DNA from: a virus
Virus record (IMG/VR): IMGVR_UViG_3300008110_000009
DNA: 64,000 nucleotides
Strand: one strand, 5' to 3'
A program made the position numbers and the translations under genes. Below, one piece after another: positions 10,190 to 20,859 of this stretch (position 1 is the first letter of the stretch; every line of letters begins with the position of its first letter). Under the pieces are notes generated by a model. That model searched no databases. It saw only the letters and a list, made by a program, of their open reading frames with translations, and was not told the DNA's origin.

Positions 10190-10348
10190 ATGGAAAAGAA
10201 AAGTAAAAACGTAAAAATCAGTGAAAAGCATCATGAAATGCTAAAAACCTATTGTGATAAGAAAGGTTTAAAAATTTATAAAGTTTTGGAAAAAATGATT
10301 GAAGAAATTGTTAAACCAAAGAAAACCGACATTTACGGAGAGGATTAA
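10190..10348 (+). CDS. Small ribbon-helix-helix-like DNA-binding protein (52 aa; absent from ORF track)
   Basis: MEKKSKNVKISEKHHEMLKTYCDKKGLKIYKVLEKMIEE...: a beta-strand followed by two helices; divergent from the sheath gene. Confidence 0.6.
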   Translation: MEKKSKNVKISEKHHEMLKTYCDKKGLKIYKVLEKMIEEIVKPKKTDIYGED

Positions 10349-11580
10349 TAGACATAGGTAACACCAATTTTAGATCCAAGAGTTGGTGAAAAGTTCAATT
10401 TAACCTGAGTAGAAGAGTTAACGTCAAACCCTTGACCCTCTTCTTCAACTAGTCCATTTATATCTAAACTAACAATACTATCTATTGCATTATTCAATGT
10501 AAAAATCAAAGAACCCCCATTATAGTTAAAGTATTCTGTAGTTACCTGTAATGTTTTACCATAGCTATCAACAAATACACTATTTCTACCTTTAAAATAT
10601 GTTATAGTAATAGTACTTCCTTCCGGAGGAGGTGACGCAAACGTTATTTTAGATGTTCCCGCTATATGAAAGAAATCGATATCTCTTTCTTGTAAGAGAC
10701 CATTAATTGAAACATTAAACAACATACTAATACTTTCACCAACACTAAATGCGGTCTGCATACCATCTGCAACAAATGTTCCAACAGTAATATCAATTCT
10801 TTTATTAATATATTTTTTTTGGAAATTCGTATTTTTAGCAAACTCGGTCATTAAGAAGAATCTACTAACAGCCGGCTTAACCTCAAATTCGTCTTGGTCT
10901 ATTAAGAATCCTAACATTGTGAATTGATAATTTTGAAGATAAAATCTACGCCCATCTATTTGTTCAATTGGTGAATTGTCTTCAACCTTATCCATTATAA
11001 TTGGGATGTAATGACCTTTTACCATGGTATAAGCCTGTCTAGAAGCAAACTTTTGAAGTATAATTTTATTAAATCTATTCAATTCCCTAAGTTTTGTACA
11101 AACTATAGTAACCTCAAAAGTAATATCTACCGGAACCGGTTGTGGTATTTTATATATGTCCGCACCCATTTGATTCCCGTTCCATGTTGCCACAGAAGCA
11201 TAATGAAATTGTAATCTTTCTGGAATTGTCCTGATAATAGAGGGGTTTGTCCCTGGCTGAACGTCCGGTCTTCTAATTACACCAATAAATGGAACCTTAA
11301 GATTTCCGTCATCATCCGAAAACTCCCAAGTATTCATAATTTGAGCCCATCTTTGTATTGTTAATATTTTTGGAATTACAGGAATTTTTTTACCATCAGA
11401 TATTACAATAAAATTTTTTGATACGAAATCTAACATTCCCGCATCCAGGTCATCATGTAAAACAGAATCTGGAAGATAAGAATCAGATTTTGTTATTTTA
11501 TCTAATAATTCTTCCCTTCTTTCTGTTAAGATTTTACCTTTGTAAATCTGTATATCTGTTTTTCTTTTAGGTATTCCCAT
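10345..11580 (-). CDS. Tail completion/sheath terminator-like protein with C-terminal beta-rich repeats
   Basis: Located between neck and sheath genes; 'PVPVDITFEV' motif; two 'INGL..E...F' repeats at the C-terminus. Confidence 0.55.
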   Translation of the reverse strand: MGIPKRKTDIQIYKGKILTERREELLDKITKSDSYLPDSVLHDDLDAGMLDFVSKNFIVISDGKKIPVIPKILTIQRWAQIMNTWEFSDDDGNLKVPFIGVIRRPDVQPGTNPSIIRTIPERLQFHYASVATWNGNQMGADIYKIPQPVPVDITFEVTIVCTKLRELNRFNKIILQKFASRQAYTMVKGHYIPIIMDKVEDNSPIEQIDGRRFYLQNYQFTMLGFLIDQDEFEVKPAVSRFFLMTEFAKNTNFQKKYINKRIDITVGTFVADGMQTAFSVGESISMLFNVSINGLLQERDIDFFHIAGTSKITFASPPPEGSTITITYFKGRNSVFVDSYGKTLQVTTEYFNYNGGSLIFTLNNAIDSIVSLDINGLVEEEGQGFDVNSSTQVKLNFSPTLGSKIGVTYVY

Positions 11581-11581
11581 T

Positions 11582-12094
11582 TTATACTCCTCTAAATTCT
11601 TGATCCTGTGCTATTGCACAAGTAATTGTTCTGTAATATGGTTTATAACCAAATAAATGATGTGAGTTATCTGAGGTAACCTTCCCATCATTAGTTACAG
11701 TATAATATCTTATTTTATTTTCTGACTCTGGATAACCTATATAATCCCCGTATTTTATATCTACACCAAGTTCTTCTAAATGTTTAATATAAACAGATAA
11801 TATTAAATTACCAGGCTCTAGGTATCTCAACATACCACCTTTATAACTTGAGTTTTTCGGGGCCTCCACTTTAACAAGTGCATTAAACTCAATTGGTGGA
11901 AAATATTTTATTTCGTCCTGCCCAACTTCTCCGTAAACATCATCCTTATCTGTCTTCTGTCTATCAACCCTATAAAGGACAAGTTTTTGATTTAAATCAC
12001 CATGTAAGTATTCCTGACCTATTTGGACTTGTAAATTAAAGTCTTCTTCAGAAAAGAATTTACTTAATCTGGTTATGGGTAGTTTATTGCTCAT
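11582..12094 (-). CDS. Neck / head-closure protein (gp14-like)
   Basis: Gene position and 'DDVYGE...F.PP.E..ALV' motif. Confidence 0.55.
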   Translation of the reverse strand: MSNKLPITRLSKFFSEEDFNLQVQIGQEYLHGDLNQKLVLYRVDRQKTDKDDVYGEVGQDEIKYFPPIEFNALVKVEAPKNSSYKGGMLRYLEPGNLILSVYIKHLEELGVDIKYGDYIGYPESENKIRYYTVTNDGKVTSDNSHHLFGYKPYYRTITCAIAQDQEFRGV

Positions 12095-12145
12095 ACCCTA
12101 TAAATAGTTTATAAAGTATTTAGAATTACTTATATTATATACTGT

Positions 12146-13897
12146 ATGGAAACTAAAATACCAGAAATTGTAGCGAGAGAGATACTTTTTTCATATGCTG
12201 GTTCTAATAACCATCTATTGGATTTGAAAAGGAAAGTTTTAGAGCTTAAAAACTATTCTTTAAGTAGACCGCAAGCGGACTACGTTATAAAATATGAAAA
12301 AGTAATACCTAAGGTTGCTAGGAAATGGGTTAAAGTATTTTCTTCTTTTGCTGAAAAGATGAGAGAAGATAGGTTGTTACCTATCGCCCCAGAACAAATA
12401 TGGGTAGAAAAACTATTATGTGAAACAGATAAGGCTTATCATATATGGGGTAAAGTTGTAGACGGAGATATACTTCACGCTTTTTGGGTTCCTAAAATTG
12501 CTATAATACCAGAAGAAAAAAAATTAAATAGAACTATTGATTATAGCCCATATGATAACAGGCCACCGATGGATCATCAAAAAGAAGCCATAGAGAAACT
12601 ATTAGCAAATGACAAATTTATTCTTGCAGATGATATGGGGCTTGGTAAAACCACAGCCGCGGTTATTGCCGCTTTGGAAAGTGGTGCTAAAAAAATATTA
12701 ATAGTTTGCCCAGCAACCCTAAAGATAAACTGGGAACGAGAAATTAAAAATTACACTGACAGAAGAATATTGGTAATTGAAGGTAGAAAGTGGGGTTCCA
12801 CTTTTGATTTCTACATTATCAATTATGATATTCTTAAAAATTTTCACACAACAGACAAAAGTGAAGATAGTGAAGCATATAAACTAATTGCAAACAATGG
12901 ATTTGATTTAGCAATTGTAGATGAAGCTCATTACATCTCAAATGCCACAGCACAGAGAACAAAACTATTAAATGATATATTGGGTTTAATTCCTAGGGTT
13001 TGGTTATTAACCGGAACCCCAATGACTTCTAGACCTATTAACTATTATAACTTATTAAAAATTGTTGAGTCGCCGTTAGCACTAAATTGGCAAAGCTATG
13101 TTAGAAGATATTGTGCTGGTTATCAGTTTAGGGTTGGTAATAGAAAAGTTTGGAATACTAGCGGAGCATCCAATCTAGATGAATTAAGGGAAAAGACTAA
13201 AAATCTTGTTTTAAGAAGAATGAAGACTGATATCTTGGATTTACCAGAAAAAATCATTACCCCTGTTTATCTAGAGCTTCAAAGTAAATTCTATGATAAT
13301 GAATTAGAAGACTTTATAAGAATATCTTCTGAAAACAAACAAAAAGAAAGTATATCGGTAACACTTAATCGTTTAATGAATATTAGACAATTAATTGCTA
13401 TGGAAAAAATACCATACACTTGTGAATTGATTGATAAGTTTATTGAACAAAATAAAAAAGTCATTGTGTTTACAAATTTTACTGCAAGCCTAGACGCGTT
13501 ACATGAAAAATACAAAAAGAACTCTGTAATTTTGGATGGTAGAATGAGTAAAGATAAAAGACAAGAAAGTGTTGATAAATTTCAAACAAATGATAAAATA
13601 AAAGTCTTTATCTCCAACATAGTTGCAGGTGGCGTAGGAATTACTTTAACGGCGGCTGAGGGGGTTATAATGAATGATCTATCATTTGTACCTGCCCACC
13701 ATTCACAAGCCGAGGATAGAGCTTATAGACACGGACAAACTAAAAGCGTTTTAGTTTATTATCCAGTATTTGATAATACAATTGAAATTCAAGTATACAA
13801 CATACTTCAGAAAAAGAAGAATATTATTGATCAAGTAATGGGTGACGGCGAATACGGAGATACGTTTGCTAGCGAATTACTTAAGAACTTATTATAG
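12146..13897 (+). CDS. SNF2-family (SMARCAL1/HARP-like) helicase
   Basis: LADDMGLGKT, DEAH, LTGTP, GGVGITLT and QAEDRAYRHGQ motifs. Confidence 0.92.
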   Translation: METKIPEIVAREILFSYAGSNNHLLDLKRKVLELKNYSLSRPQADYVIKYEKVIPKVARKWVKVFSSFAEKMREDRLLPIAPEQIWVEKLLCETDKAYHIWGKVVDGDILHAFWVPKIAIIPEEKKLNRTIDYSPYDNRPPMDHQKEAIEKLLANDKFILADDMGLGKTTAAVIAALESGAKKILIVCPATLKINWEREIKNYTDRRILVIEGRKWGSTFDFYIINYDILKNFHTTDKSEDSEAYKLIANNGFDLAIVDEAHYISNATAQRTKLLNDILGLIPRVWLLTGTPMTSRPINYYNLLKIVESPLALNWQSYVRRYCAGYQFRVGNRKVWNTSGASNLDELREKTKNLVLRRMKTDILDLPEKIITPVYLELQSKFYDNELEDFIRISSENKQKESISVTLNRLMNIRQLIAMEKIPYTCELIDKFIEQNKKVIVFTNFTASLDALHEKYKKNSVILDGRMSKDKRQESVDKFQTNDKIKVFISNIVAGGVGITLTAAEGVIMNDLSFVPAHHSQAEDRAYRHGQTKSVLVYYPVFDNTIEIQVYNILQKKKNIIDQVMGDGEYGDTFASELLKNLL

Positions 13898-13938
13898 TTT
13901 TATTTATAATCTGGTATTTATTAGTAAAAGCTATTTTA

Positions 13939-15054
13939 ATGAGTACTGTTATAAGCGCACCAGAAAAAGAGAAACTTTATAGTCAGATATTACACCTTTT
14001 GGGTATGCCAGTTAGAGGTGTTGAATTAACAGAAGAACAAATGGACTCGTTCCTTGAAATATCTGTAAGTGAATACGAACAACTAGTTAATGATTGGCTT
14101 ATTGAATCTCAATGGTCAGCCTTAGCTGGATTAGATGTAGACACACAATCTTTAACAAAAGCTTTTACTACTAGAGATATTAATTACGAAACTCAATATA
14201 CCTATTCTTACTCGAAAATTGTTGGTCTACAAGCAGGGGGCCCGTGGGAATTAAAAAAAGATTATATAACCCTAGAGCGCAATAAACAAATTTATGAAAT
14301 ACCAGCCGGAAGAGAAATAAATGAATTACTTTGGTTTTCAAGAGCTGAGCTAACTGATTCAATTGTTGACCCATTCTTAGGCGGTTTTGGCGGTCTTGGT
14401 GGTGTTGGTTTTGGTGGCGTAGGTGGTTTTGCTCAAGTTGGCGCTTCAGGATCTTACTTCTTATTACCAGCGTTTGATTTGTTATTAAGAATGCAAGATA
14501 GAAATATCAAAAATCGTTTAATTGGCGGGGATTTAACATATAGAATAACAGCTGGACCAAATGGTGTAAAATATGTGCACTTAATGAACGTGCCAGGTGG
14601 TAAATATGATTTTGGCTCAATACAAAACAACAATATTAAAGTCTGGTATTGGTATTATGATACTTTTGATAGAGATACCTGTTTAAAAGAAAATAAAGAT
14701 GTAGTTAGATTACCATCAGACGTTATGATGGACCAACTTCAATGGGACGAATTAAATAGACCGGCACAAAACTGGGTTAGAAAATATCTAATGACTTATT
14801 GTAAAGAAGCATTAGGCAGAATCTATGGTAAATTCTCTGGCGACCTAAAAGTACCAGATAGCGATGTTAAATTAGACTACACATCTCTTCTTACAGAAGC
14901 TAAAGATGAAAGACTTAAGTTAAATGAAGAATTAATGTTAAGACTTGAGAGACTTCGTCCAGACAAAATGCTTGAAAGAAAAGGTAATGAAGCTGAGAAC
15001 CTTAATAAGGCTCTCAAGTTCAGACCTATGACAAATCCATTTAATGTTATTTAA
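13939..15054 (+). CDS. Neck / head-tail adaptor protein (gp13-like)
   Basis: LGMPVRGVELTEEQ N-terminus and WVRKY...KEALGRI.GKFSG C-terminal motif typical of gp13-like neck proteins. Confidence 0.75.
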   Translation: MSTVISAPEKEKLYSQILHLLGMPVRGVELTEEQMDSFLEISVSEYEQLVNDWLIESQWSALAGLDVDTQSLTKAFTTRDINYETQYTYSYSKIVGLQAGGPWELKKDYITLERNKQIYEIPAGREINELLWFSRAELTDSIVDPFLGGFGGLGGVGFGGVGGFAQVGASGSYFLLPAFDLLLRMQDRNIKNRLIGGDLTYRITAGPNGVKYVHLMNVPGGKYDFGSIQNNNIKVWYWYYDTFDRDTCLKENKDVVRLPSDVMMDQLQWDELNRPAQNWVRKYLMTYCKEALGRIYGKFSGDLKVPDSDVKLDYTSLLTEAKDERLKLNEELMLRLERLRPDKMLERKGNEAENLNKALKFRPMTNPFNVI

Positions 15055-17957
15055 TCTGGTATAGCGGCATGTAATGCATAATCGTGAGAGTTTCTTTCGA
15101 TCATTTCATCCTCCTCGTGCTTCTCTTTGATACTTTCTGCTTGGAACGAAACAACTTTTCTATTGTACTCTATCCACTTTTGATCAACGTGTTTTAAACT
15201 ATCTTCAACGTACATAAAAAATGGATCTTTATTAATTCTATTCCAGAATATAACTTCACCGTCAGATAATGTCATTACTTCGTCTAAACTATCTTGGCCC
15301 TCTGTTTTTAATGGAAATCCTGAAACTAACTCACATTGTTTTTTTGTGAAGAAGATTCGTTTTGATGGATCATCAATCAATATATCTTCCCTAATTTCAG
15401 GTTTAAAAACAACCAACAATGGTTCAACCCTTTTGTTAAAAATACTAATGTATCTTGCAGCATTATAATCACCTGTCATATCAGGATTATTAACTAGATC
15501 ACGCTCGGTAATCATGTAACAATTAATTTGAATATAATCAGTTGGTAAAGGTTTACCATGTTTTGCAAAATATTCCTCTTGTTGTTTTTTTGTTGGCTTG
15601 GTTAGTTTTTGAACATCACCATCTCCTTTTTTAGAACCATTATTAACATAGTAAATTGTTTCACCTAAGGTTGCGGGATAGTTGTTTTCAAGAACCAATT
15701 CCATATGTGCTTGTCTTGACATTGCAGCACCAGACTTAGTTACTTTTTTACAATGTTTTTTGTAATCCTCTACACTTTGTTTAACACGAGCCTTATTTGC
15801 AATCTTTGTTAATGGTATTTGCTTGTTATAGATTTTTTCAATTGTTTCATAATACAAATTTAAAAATTCAACACCGTCACCATTAAGTAAATGAACTAAT
15901 CCTTGATCTAAAAACTCAACAACATATTGCTGAAGTTTTTTAGATTTGATTGTATTTCCAGTTAGTTTTATTTTTTCTTTACCTTTCTTGATAAGTTTAA
16001 TAATATAATTTTTACGAGAAACATTAATACAAGCTGGTGCCATATAGTCAATGTCTAAGCCCATTTCATTTCTCATAAACAAATCGTTGAATTCTGCAGT
16101 ATCTGCCTCAACACCACTATATTCCTTACCAGCTTCAACTAATTCGTTATTACCCTTACCGATATATTTGTGCTCGTTAATAGTTTCAGGTGTTTCAAAG
16201 TTAACACCATCAGTATCCATTACAAGAGGTTTATATCCTTTTTTCATAAAGAACATAATCATCATTCTTAAACACTGACGACCAGTACAGGTAATCATTT
16301 CACCCATATTCATATCTCCCCATGGAAATACCTGTGGTGCTGACAGCGATCCAAAATATGCGTTGATAAAAATTTTAATTGGTAACTGCTTTCTATCATA
16401 CATCTCAGCTTGTACCGGATCTTTATCTTTTAATTCCGCTGCTAATCTTTTGTATAAGATACGAATATTACGGAAATACTTTAACATTGATTTTTGTACC
16501 CCCATGATATCACAATCAGGGAATACATCGTATACAAGTTGAATAGATGGATAAAGTGACGCGTAGTCAAACTTAACAATATTCTTTGAATAACCAACTG
16601 TCAACAATCTTGACAAACCTCCGGTAATGCTTCTTTTTTCATCTTTAAGAGGGACGGCTAAATCATTTTCATAAGACCAAGCTAACATTAGAATTTTCCA
16701 AAGAGTAGCGGTACCCATTGTTGCAATTCTTTCATATGTTGTTGGGATCACCTTAGAAAGTAAAAACGTTGATTGACTAAAAGAATCATCAACAATCATT
16801 GTTTCATACAAGTCATCGTCAAGATATTGTTCTACAATTTTTCTACCTGGCCAAACTTCATATTTACCAGGGTATTTTTCTAATAAACCATCTGTTCCTG
16901 GTTCACCAATTTTTTTATATTTTCCTGTCTTAGGGTTTATGTAATAACTTTCGTTATCCAAATAAATTTTAGAAATGAAAGCACCATCAACGTACACACG
17001 ATTTGGTTTTTCTTTTTCTAGATACTTGGTAATATATTTCAGTCCCCAAGATTTAATTTCAGAATTAATCGCCTGTGCTCTACGAACAGAGTGCGCAATA
17101 TCAACCATGCTGAATCCCCATAAAACATATTGAGTATACGGTTCAACTTCGTTTGCCAATTTTAAAACACCATCTTTTGTTTTAATGCCACTTTTTGTAA
17201 AGATCTGAGTAGCCTTTTTGATATCCACACCAAGTAACTCTGCTCTTTTCATTATGAACGGTAAGTCGAATGCTGCAGAATTGTAACCACTAATAATTGT
17301 TGGTTTAAGGTCTTTTATAATTTTGAAAAATTCTTCGATACATTTTTTCTCACCATCTTCACCATATGCGTCCAATAGTTTTCTATAACCGCGATTATCT
17401 TTGATTCCAATCAAAATGATTTTATCATTCAACGGATCAAGACCCGTTGTCTCAATATCGAATACCATTCTATGAACTTCATTATAATCTTCAATACCCT
17501 TGAATAATCTTTTTTTCTTTTGAATAAGGTATTGTTCTACCGGCGTTAAAATAATAAACTGAGATTTGAAATTTTCTCCCCAAGGATCAATACCCCCATC
17601 TTTAAAAAATTTAATAAGCTCTTGGTATCCCTTCGTACTTTTAACCATATACTTTAAGCCGGCTTCCAATCTTTCATTTTCACCAGTTTGAAGTTTGGTG
17701 CTTAAAATACCATACTCACCCATTTTCTTTTTTTGAAGGGCTTTACTACCACCATAGAAATTGAACTCACTTAAATCACCCGCCCAAAGAAATGGTATGA
17801 AGGTGTCTTCGGTGACGTATTTTCCTCTTACGGGGTCTTGTATAATTTTGTAGATTTTGTTGGCCATGTAATCATACTCAACACCAACAATGTAGTTTTC
17901 CGGATCGGAACCGTTCAAGAAGCTCTCGATAACTTCTTGAGATATAATCTCTTGCAT
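15051..17957 (-). CDS. Family B DNA polymerase
   Basis: Exonuclease motifs FDIETTG and GYNSAAFD; polymerase motifs DYASLYPS, KIFINAYFG and MDTDG. Confidence 0.95.
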   Translation of the reverse strand: MQEIISQEVIESFLNGSDPENYIVGVEYDYMANKIYKIIQDPVRGKYVTEDTFIPFLWAGDLSEFNFYGGSKALQKKKMGEYGILSTKLQTGENERLEAGLKYMVKSTKGYQELIKFFKDGGIDPWGENFKSQFIILTPVEQYLIQKKKRLFKGIEDYNEVHRMVFDIETTGLDPLNDKIILIGIKDNRGYRKLLDAYGEDGEKKCIEEFFKIIKDLKPTIISGYNSAAFDLPFIMKRAELLGVDIKKATQIFTKSGIKTKDGVLKLANEVEPYTQYVLWGFSMVDIAHSVRRAQAINSEIKSWGLKYITKYLEKEKPNRVYVDGAFISKIYLDNESYYINPKTGKYKKIGEPGTDGLLEKYPGKYEVWPGRKIVEQYLDDDLYETMIVDDSFSQSTFLLSKVIPTTYERIATMGTATLWKILMLAWSYENDLAVPLKDEKRSITGGLSRLLTVGYSKNIVKFDYASLYPSIQLVYDVFPDCDIMGVQKSMLKYFRNIRILYKRLAAELKDKDPVQAEMYDRKQLPIKIFINAYFGSLSAPQVFPWGDMNMGEMITCTGRQCLRMMIMFFMKKGYKPLVMDTDGVNFETPETINEHKYIGKGNNELVEAGKEYSGVEADTAEFNDLFMRNEMGLDIDYMAPACINVSRKNYIIKLIKKGKEKIKLTGNTIKSKKLQQYVVEFLDQGLVHLLNGDGVEFLNLYYETIEKIYNKQIPLTKIANKARVKQSVEDYKKHCKKVTKSGAAMSRQAHMELVLENNYPATLGETIYYVNNGSKKGDGDVQKLTKPTKKQQEEYFAKHGKPLPTDYIQINCYMITERDLVNNPDMTGDYNAARYISIFNKRVEPLLVVFKPEIREDILIDDPSKRIFFTKKQCELVSGFPLKTEGQDSLDEVMTLSDGEVIFWNRINKDPFFMYVEDSLKHVDQKWIEYNRKVVSFQAESIKEKHEEDEMIERNSHDYALHAAIPD

Positions 17958-17969
17958 ATTTTATTTTTT

Positions 17970-18014
17970 GGGTGACACATTAGCTTACGGGGAAACCGTA
18001 ATTTGCCTTTACCC
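17970..18014 (-). promoter_or_regulatory. Structured 5' leader of DNA polymerase mRNA
   Basis: GGGT/ACCC, GGCA/TGTC (with G.U) and TTACGG/CCGTAA nested stems ending 12 nt before the ATG. Confidence 0.55.
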
Positions 18015-18048
18015 TGTAAATATACATAAAATTATGGATAAAAAAAAA

Positions 18049-18417
18049 TTAAATAATGTTAATGAATAATTTTTCTTTTACTGGTAATATGAGTTTTGTG
18101 GTTGGATTAGAATTAGTGTCTAAAAATTGAACAATAAATTTACCTTCATACTTACCAGGTTTTACAGTTTGAGCCTCTGTAAATCTGTAAGTTATATAAT
18201 ACTCATCTGTTGTTTGATTATACTTTTTCGTTCTAGTTGTGAGTAGTGCTGAACCATTAAGTATTATCGGTTCTTCAGTTTTATGATCATACATTTCAAA
18301 ACTAATATCGGAATTTTCCAATAGATCATTAAATGATGATTTATCATTTTTAGCGTCATCAATTAATCTCATTTTTAATATTGGATCTGAGGCTCCTTGT
18401 CTAATAAAAAATTCCAT
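18049..18417 (-). CDS. BppU-like beta-sandwich structural protein
   Basis: F.IRQG..P.L...L and Y.F...T...G.Y.G.F.V pattern; late motif upstream. Confidence 0.5.
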   Translation of the reverse strand: MEFFIRQGASDPILKMRLIDDAKNDKSSFNDLLENSDISFEMYDHKTEEPIILNGSALLTTRTKKYNQTTDEYYITYRFTEAQTVKPGKYEGKFIVQFLDTNSNPTTKLILPVKEKLFINII

Positions 18418-18429
18418 ATAAAATAAATA

Positions 18430-19344
18430 TTATGTTAATCTAATCATTACAAAACTACCACTTCTGTAAAGACCTTGTAATGGGACACCCGCTGCGGAAG
18501 CCTCAATATCGTTGTTAAAACTTGACGTCACTTGTGATAATATAGTAAATCCATCTACTTTTAATTCGTCTTGAAGTTTAACACTACCACTAAACTCATA
18601 TAGATAACCAGGTGTAACAGAGTTTGTGTTAAAAGAAATTTCGCTACCAGTATGAACCGTTATTTGTGGATTTTCCCAACTATTATTTGCGAATAGTTTT
18701 AATTCTGCTGGATGAGACGTTCCACCAACTGTTCCAACATATAAATCTTTACCAACGTTTAAAAGATATGCGTCATTTTCGTACCCAACGTAACCTCCAT
18801 TATACGTGCTAGAATTTATACCCAAATCAACAAAATGAACAGTTTCATTTCCATTGTCTGCAGTTAAAACCAAATCAGAACTAGCTAAACTTCCGGAATT
18901 AATATTTGTTATATTAACCTGAGCGTAATATTCGTTATTAGCTTCAAAATGTGTGATATTAAAACTACCTGAATTGGTTAAATGAAGCTTAGGTGTATCT
19001 GGGCTGCTGATTGGCATTTTATCACCCATCACAACAAAGCCCGAGACATATAGATTACCATTATCTTGAATATTATTTGCACGTAGGCTACCCGTAATAA
19101 GAAACGATCCAGTAAACTTATGGTTATCATCCAAGCTATCGCCAAAATTTGATGACCCACTAATTGTTAAGTCGCCTTTAATAACTTGACTTCCAGTGAA
19201 GACGTGTGAACCACTATCAACAAGAACTTGTCTAAGACTTTGAAGTGTAGATTTATATGTTGTACTACCCAATACAACCGGGGTAACGCCCGTTAAACTT
19301 GGTGCTAGTGAACTAGATAATTGGGAAATTTTTAATCCTGCCAT
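18430..19344 (-). CDS. Tail fibre/spike-related protein
   Basis: KISQL N-terminus; repeated FTGS/ISGS/ITGS beta-motifs; 'GVPLQGLYR' C-terminus. Confidence 0.6.
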   Translation of the reverse strand: MAGLKISQLSSSLAPSLTGVTPVVLGSTTYKSTLQSLRQVLVDSGSHVFTGSQVIKGDLTISGSSNFGDSLDDNHKFTGSFLITGSLRANNIQDNGNLYVSGFVVMGDKMPISSPDTPKLHLTNSGSFNITHFEANNEYYAQVNITNINSGSLASSDLVLTADNGNETVHFVDLGINSSTYNGGYVGYENDAYLLNVGKDLYVGTVGGTSHPAELKLFANNSWENPQITVHTGSEISFNTNSVTPGYLYEFSGSVKLQDELKVDGFTILSQVTSSFNNDIEASAAGVPLQGLYRSGSFVMIRLT

Positions 19345-19357
19345 TTAAATAAATATT

Positions 19358-20806
19358 TTAGTATAAAGCCATATTATCGTCTTCTGTTATTAAATATTCA
19401 CCGTTTTCAGCCAAAAGGCCATTTGTAACGTATGATATTAAATCGTCATCACAATCAATGCCGCATATAAAGAAGTCATAATTATTAATTCTTGTTAAGA
19501 AATTGTGTCTAACATGTACAAAGCCTAGCGGTTCTTCATAATATTTTATTGATTTAATATTAAAACAAGAAACCCCAGAATGTACATTATTCATTAACCC
19601 TGTTCCCCCACCCCACGATTGAATAAATGGTTGAACCCCTCTATTAGAAGCAACAACCTCTTCCCAGTTCTCTTTTTTATAAATTGGTCTACCATTTAAG
19701 TATATTTTAAGCGTCCCTAATCTTCTTTGTCTCTCATCTGCCCACTTTTTATTTAAAAATTCATATTTTTCTTCATATGTTGCTAATTGATTTGAGGTAA
19801 CCGCAGTTATCACTGTATCAGAATAGTCAGATATTTTAAAACCAAGCATATCATTCCATCCACCCATATTTTCAATATCACAATTATCATAATGTTTGTA
19901 TCTATCGAAAACAATGGTAATGTTAAAATCTTTGGTCAACCCAGTTGCACATAAAGTTGGGGTTTGATCCATATCTGTATAATATGTTTCCGTATAAGCG
20001 TCGTTAGCGCAATACCCCGAATATCGAATAGCGGTCCATTTTATTCTTCCATCAGAAGTAAACTGAAAAGATAAATTACTGTCAGCATAATCGGATGGGC
20101 TATTTGATCCTCTAGTTCCAAAATAATAGAAAACACCTCCGCTAGACCATGGCAACCCCTCCCTATTAAAAATAAAATCCAAAGTCCACCCACTAGCTGT
20201 TCTTCTTTCAATTGTTGAAGGACAATCTAAAAAGGGCTCTTTAAACTGATAAGCCCAAGGTTTGTTACTTAGTTTATTAGGTAAGCCGCAACAAGCATCT
20301 TCATCAGCCAAACGTAATGTGCATTTTAAAACATTTGTTGTTCCTGTTGTAAATCCCGTAATTACGGATATTTCATCTGGTGAAGTAAACCTAATATCTT
20401 TAGCTAAAGGTTGGTTAAATGCTGATATTGTAAAATAGTGCGTTTCTCCAGTAAAACCTGTGTACTTGTAAACGTCACTGTTTAATATGGTGTGCTGGTA
20501 ATTTGTTGATACGTGGTTTACAAAATTAGAATATGGCACAGTTAATGTTAATCCAGAATATTTGTAATTTGGATCATTAATGGTATTATTATACTCATTT
20601 AAGCTAATAGTGTTCCTTGAACAACTAAAATTAAGCAAAGATTGGTCTATTTTTAGTGTTTGATAGGTAATTGGTGTGGACAAATCCAATACATCGGTAT
20701 TATAATCGTCTGTTACTTTACTTATCTCATAATCATAAAATTCTGAACTATCTAATTTAGAATCCAATCTACTACCATAAAACTTTAAAATATTCTGGCT
20801 ATTCAT
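19358..20806 (-). CDS. Virion structural protein, lectin/glucanase-like C-terminal region
   Basis: Beta-rich, 'GTLKIYLNG'; C-terminal 'LLAENGEYLITED'. Start moved to the second ATG because a TATTTAT motif sits 6 nt upstream of it. Confidence 0.5.
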   Translation of the reverse strand: MNSQNILKFYGSRLDSKLDSSEFYDYEISKVTDDYNTDVLDLSTPITYQTLKIDQSLLNFSCSRNTISLNEYNNTINDPNYKYSGLTLTVPYSNFVNHVSTNYQHTILNSDVYKYTGFTGETHYFTISAFNQPLAKDIRFTSPDEISVITGFTTGTTNVLKCTLRLADEDACCGLPNKLSNKPWAYQFKEPFLDCPSTIERRTASGWTLDFIFNREGLPWSSGGVFYYFGTRGSNSPSDYADSNLSFQFTSDGRIKWTAIRYSGYCANDAYTETYYTDMDQTPTLCATGLTKDFNITIVFDRYKHYDNCDIENMGGWNDMLGFKISDYSDTVITAVTSNQLATYEEKYEFLNKKWADERQRRLGTLKIYLNGRPIYKKENWEEVVASNRGVQPFIQSWGGGTGLMNNVHSGVSCFNIKSIKYYEEPLGFVHVRHNFLTRINNYDFFICGIDCDDDLISYVTNGLLAENGEYLITEDDNMALY

Positions 20807-20859
20807 ATGTAGATAAATATCTTTCATAGGATTTGATATTTATATAAAAAACCGTTTAG

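Noticed and set aside
17970-18014. GGCAAA-containing leader as a c-di-GMP-I riboswitch
   Set aside because: Lacks the second stem and the GNRA/receptor architecture; kept only as an unknown structure.
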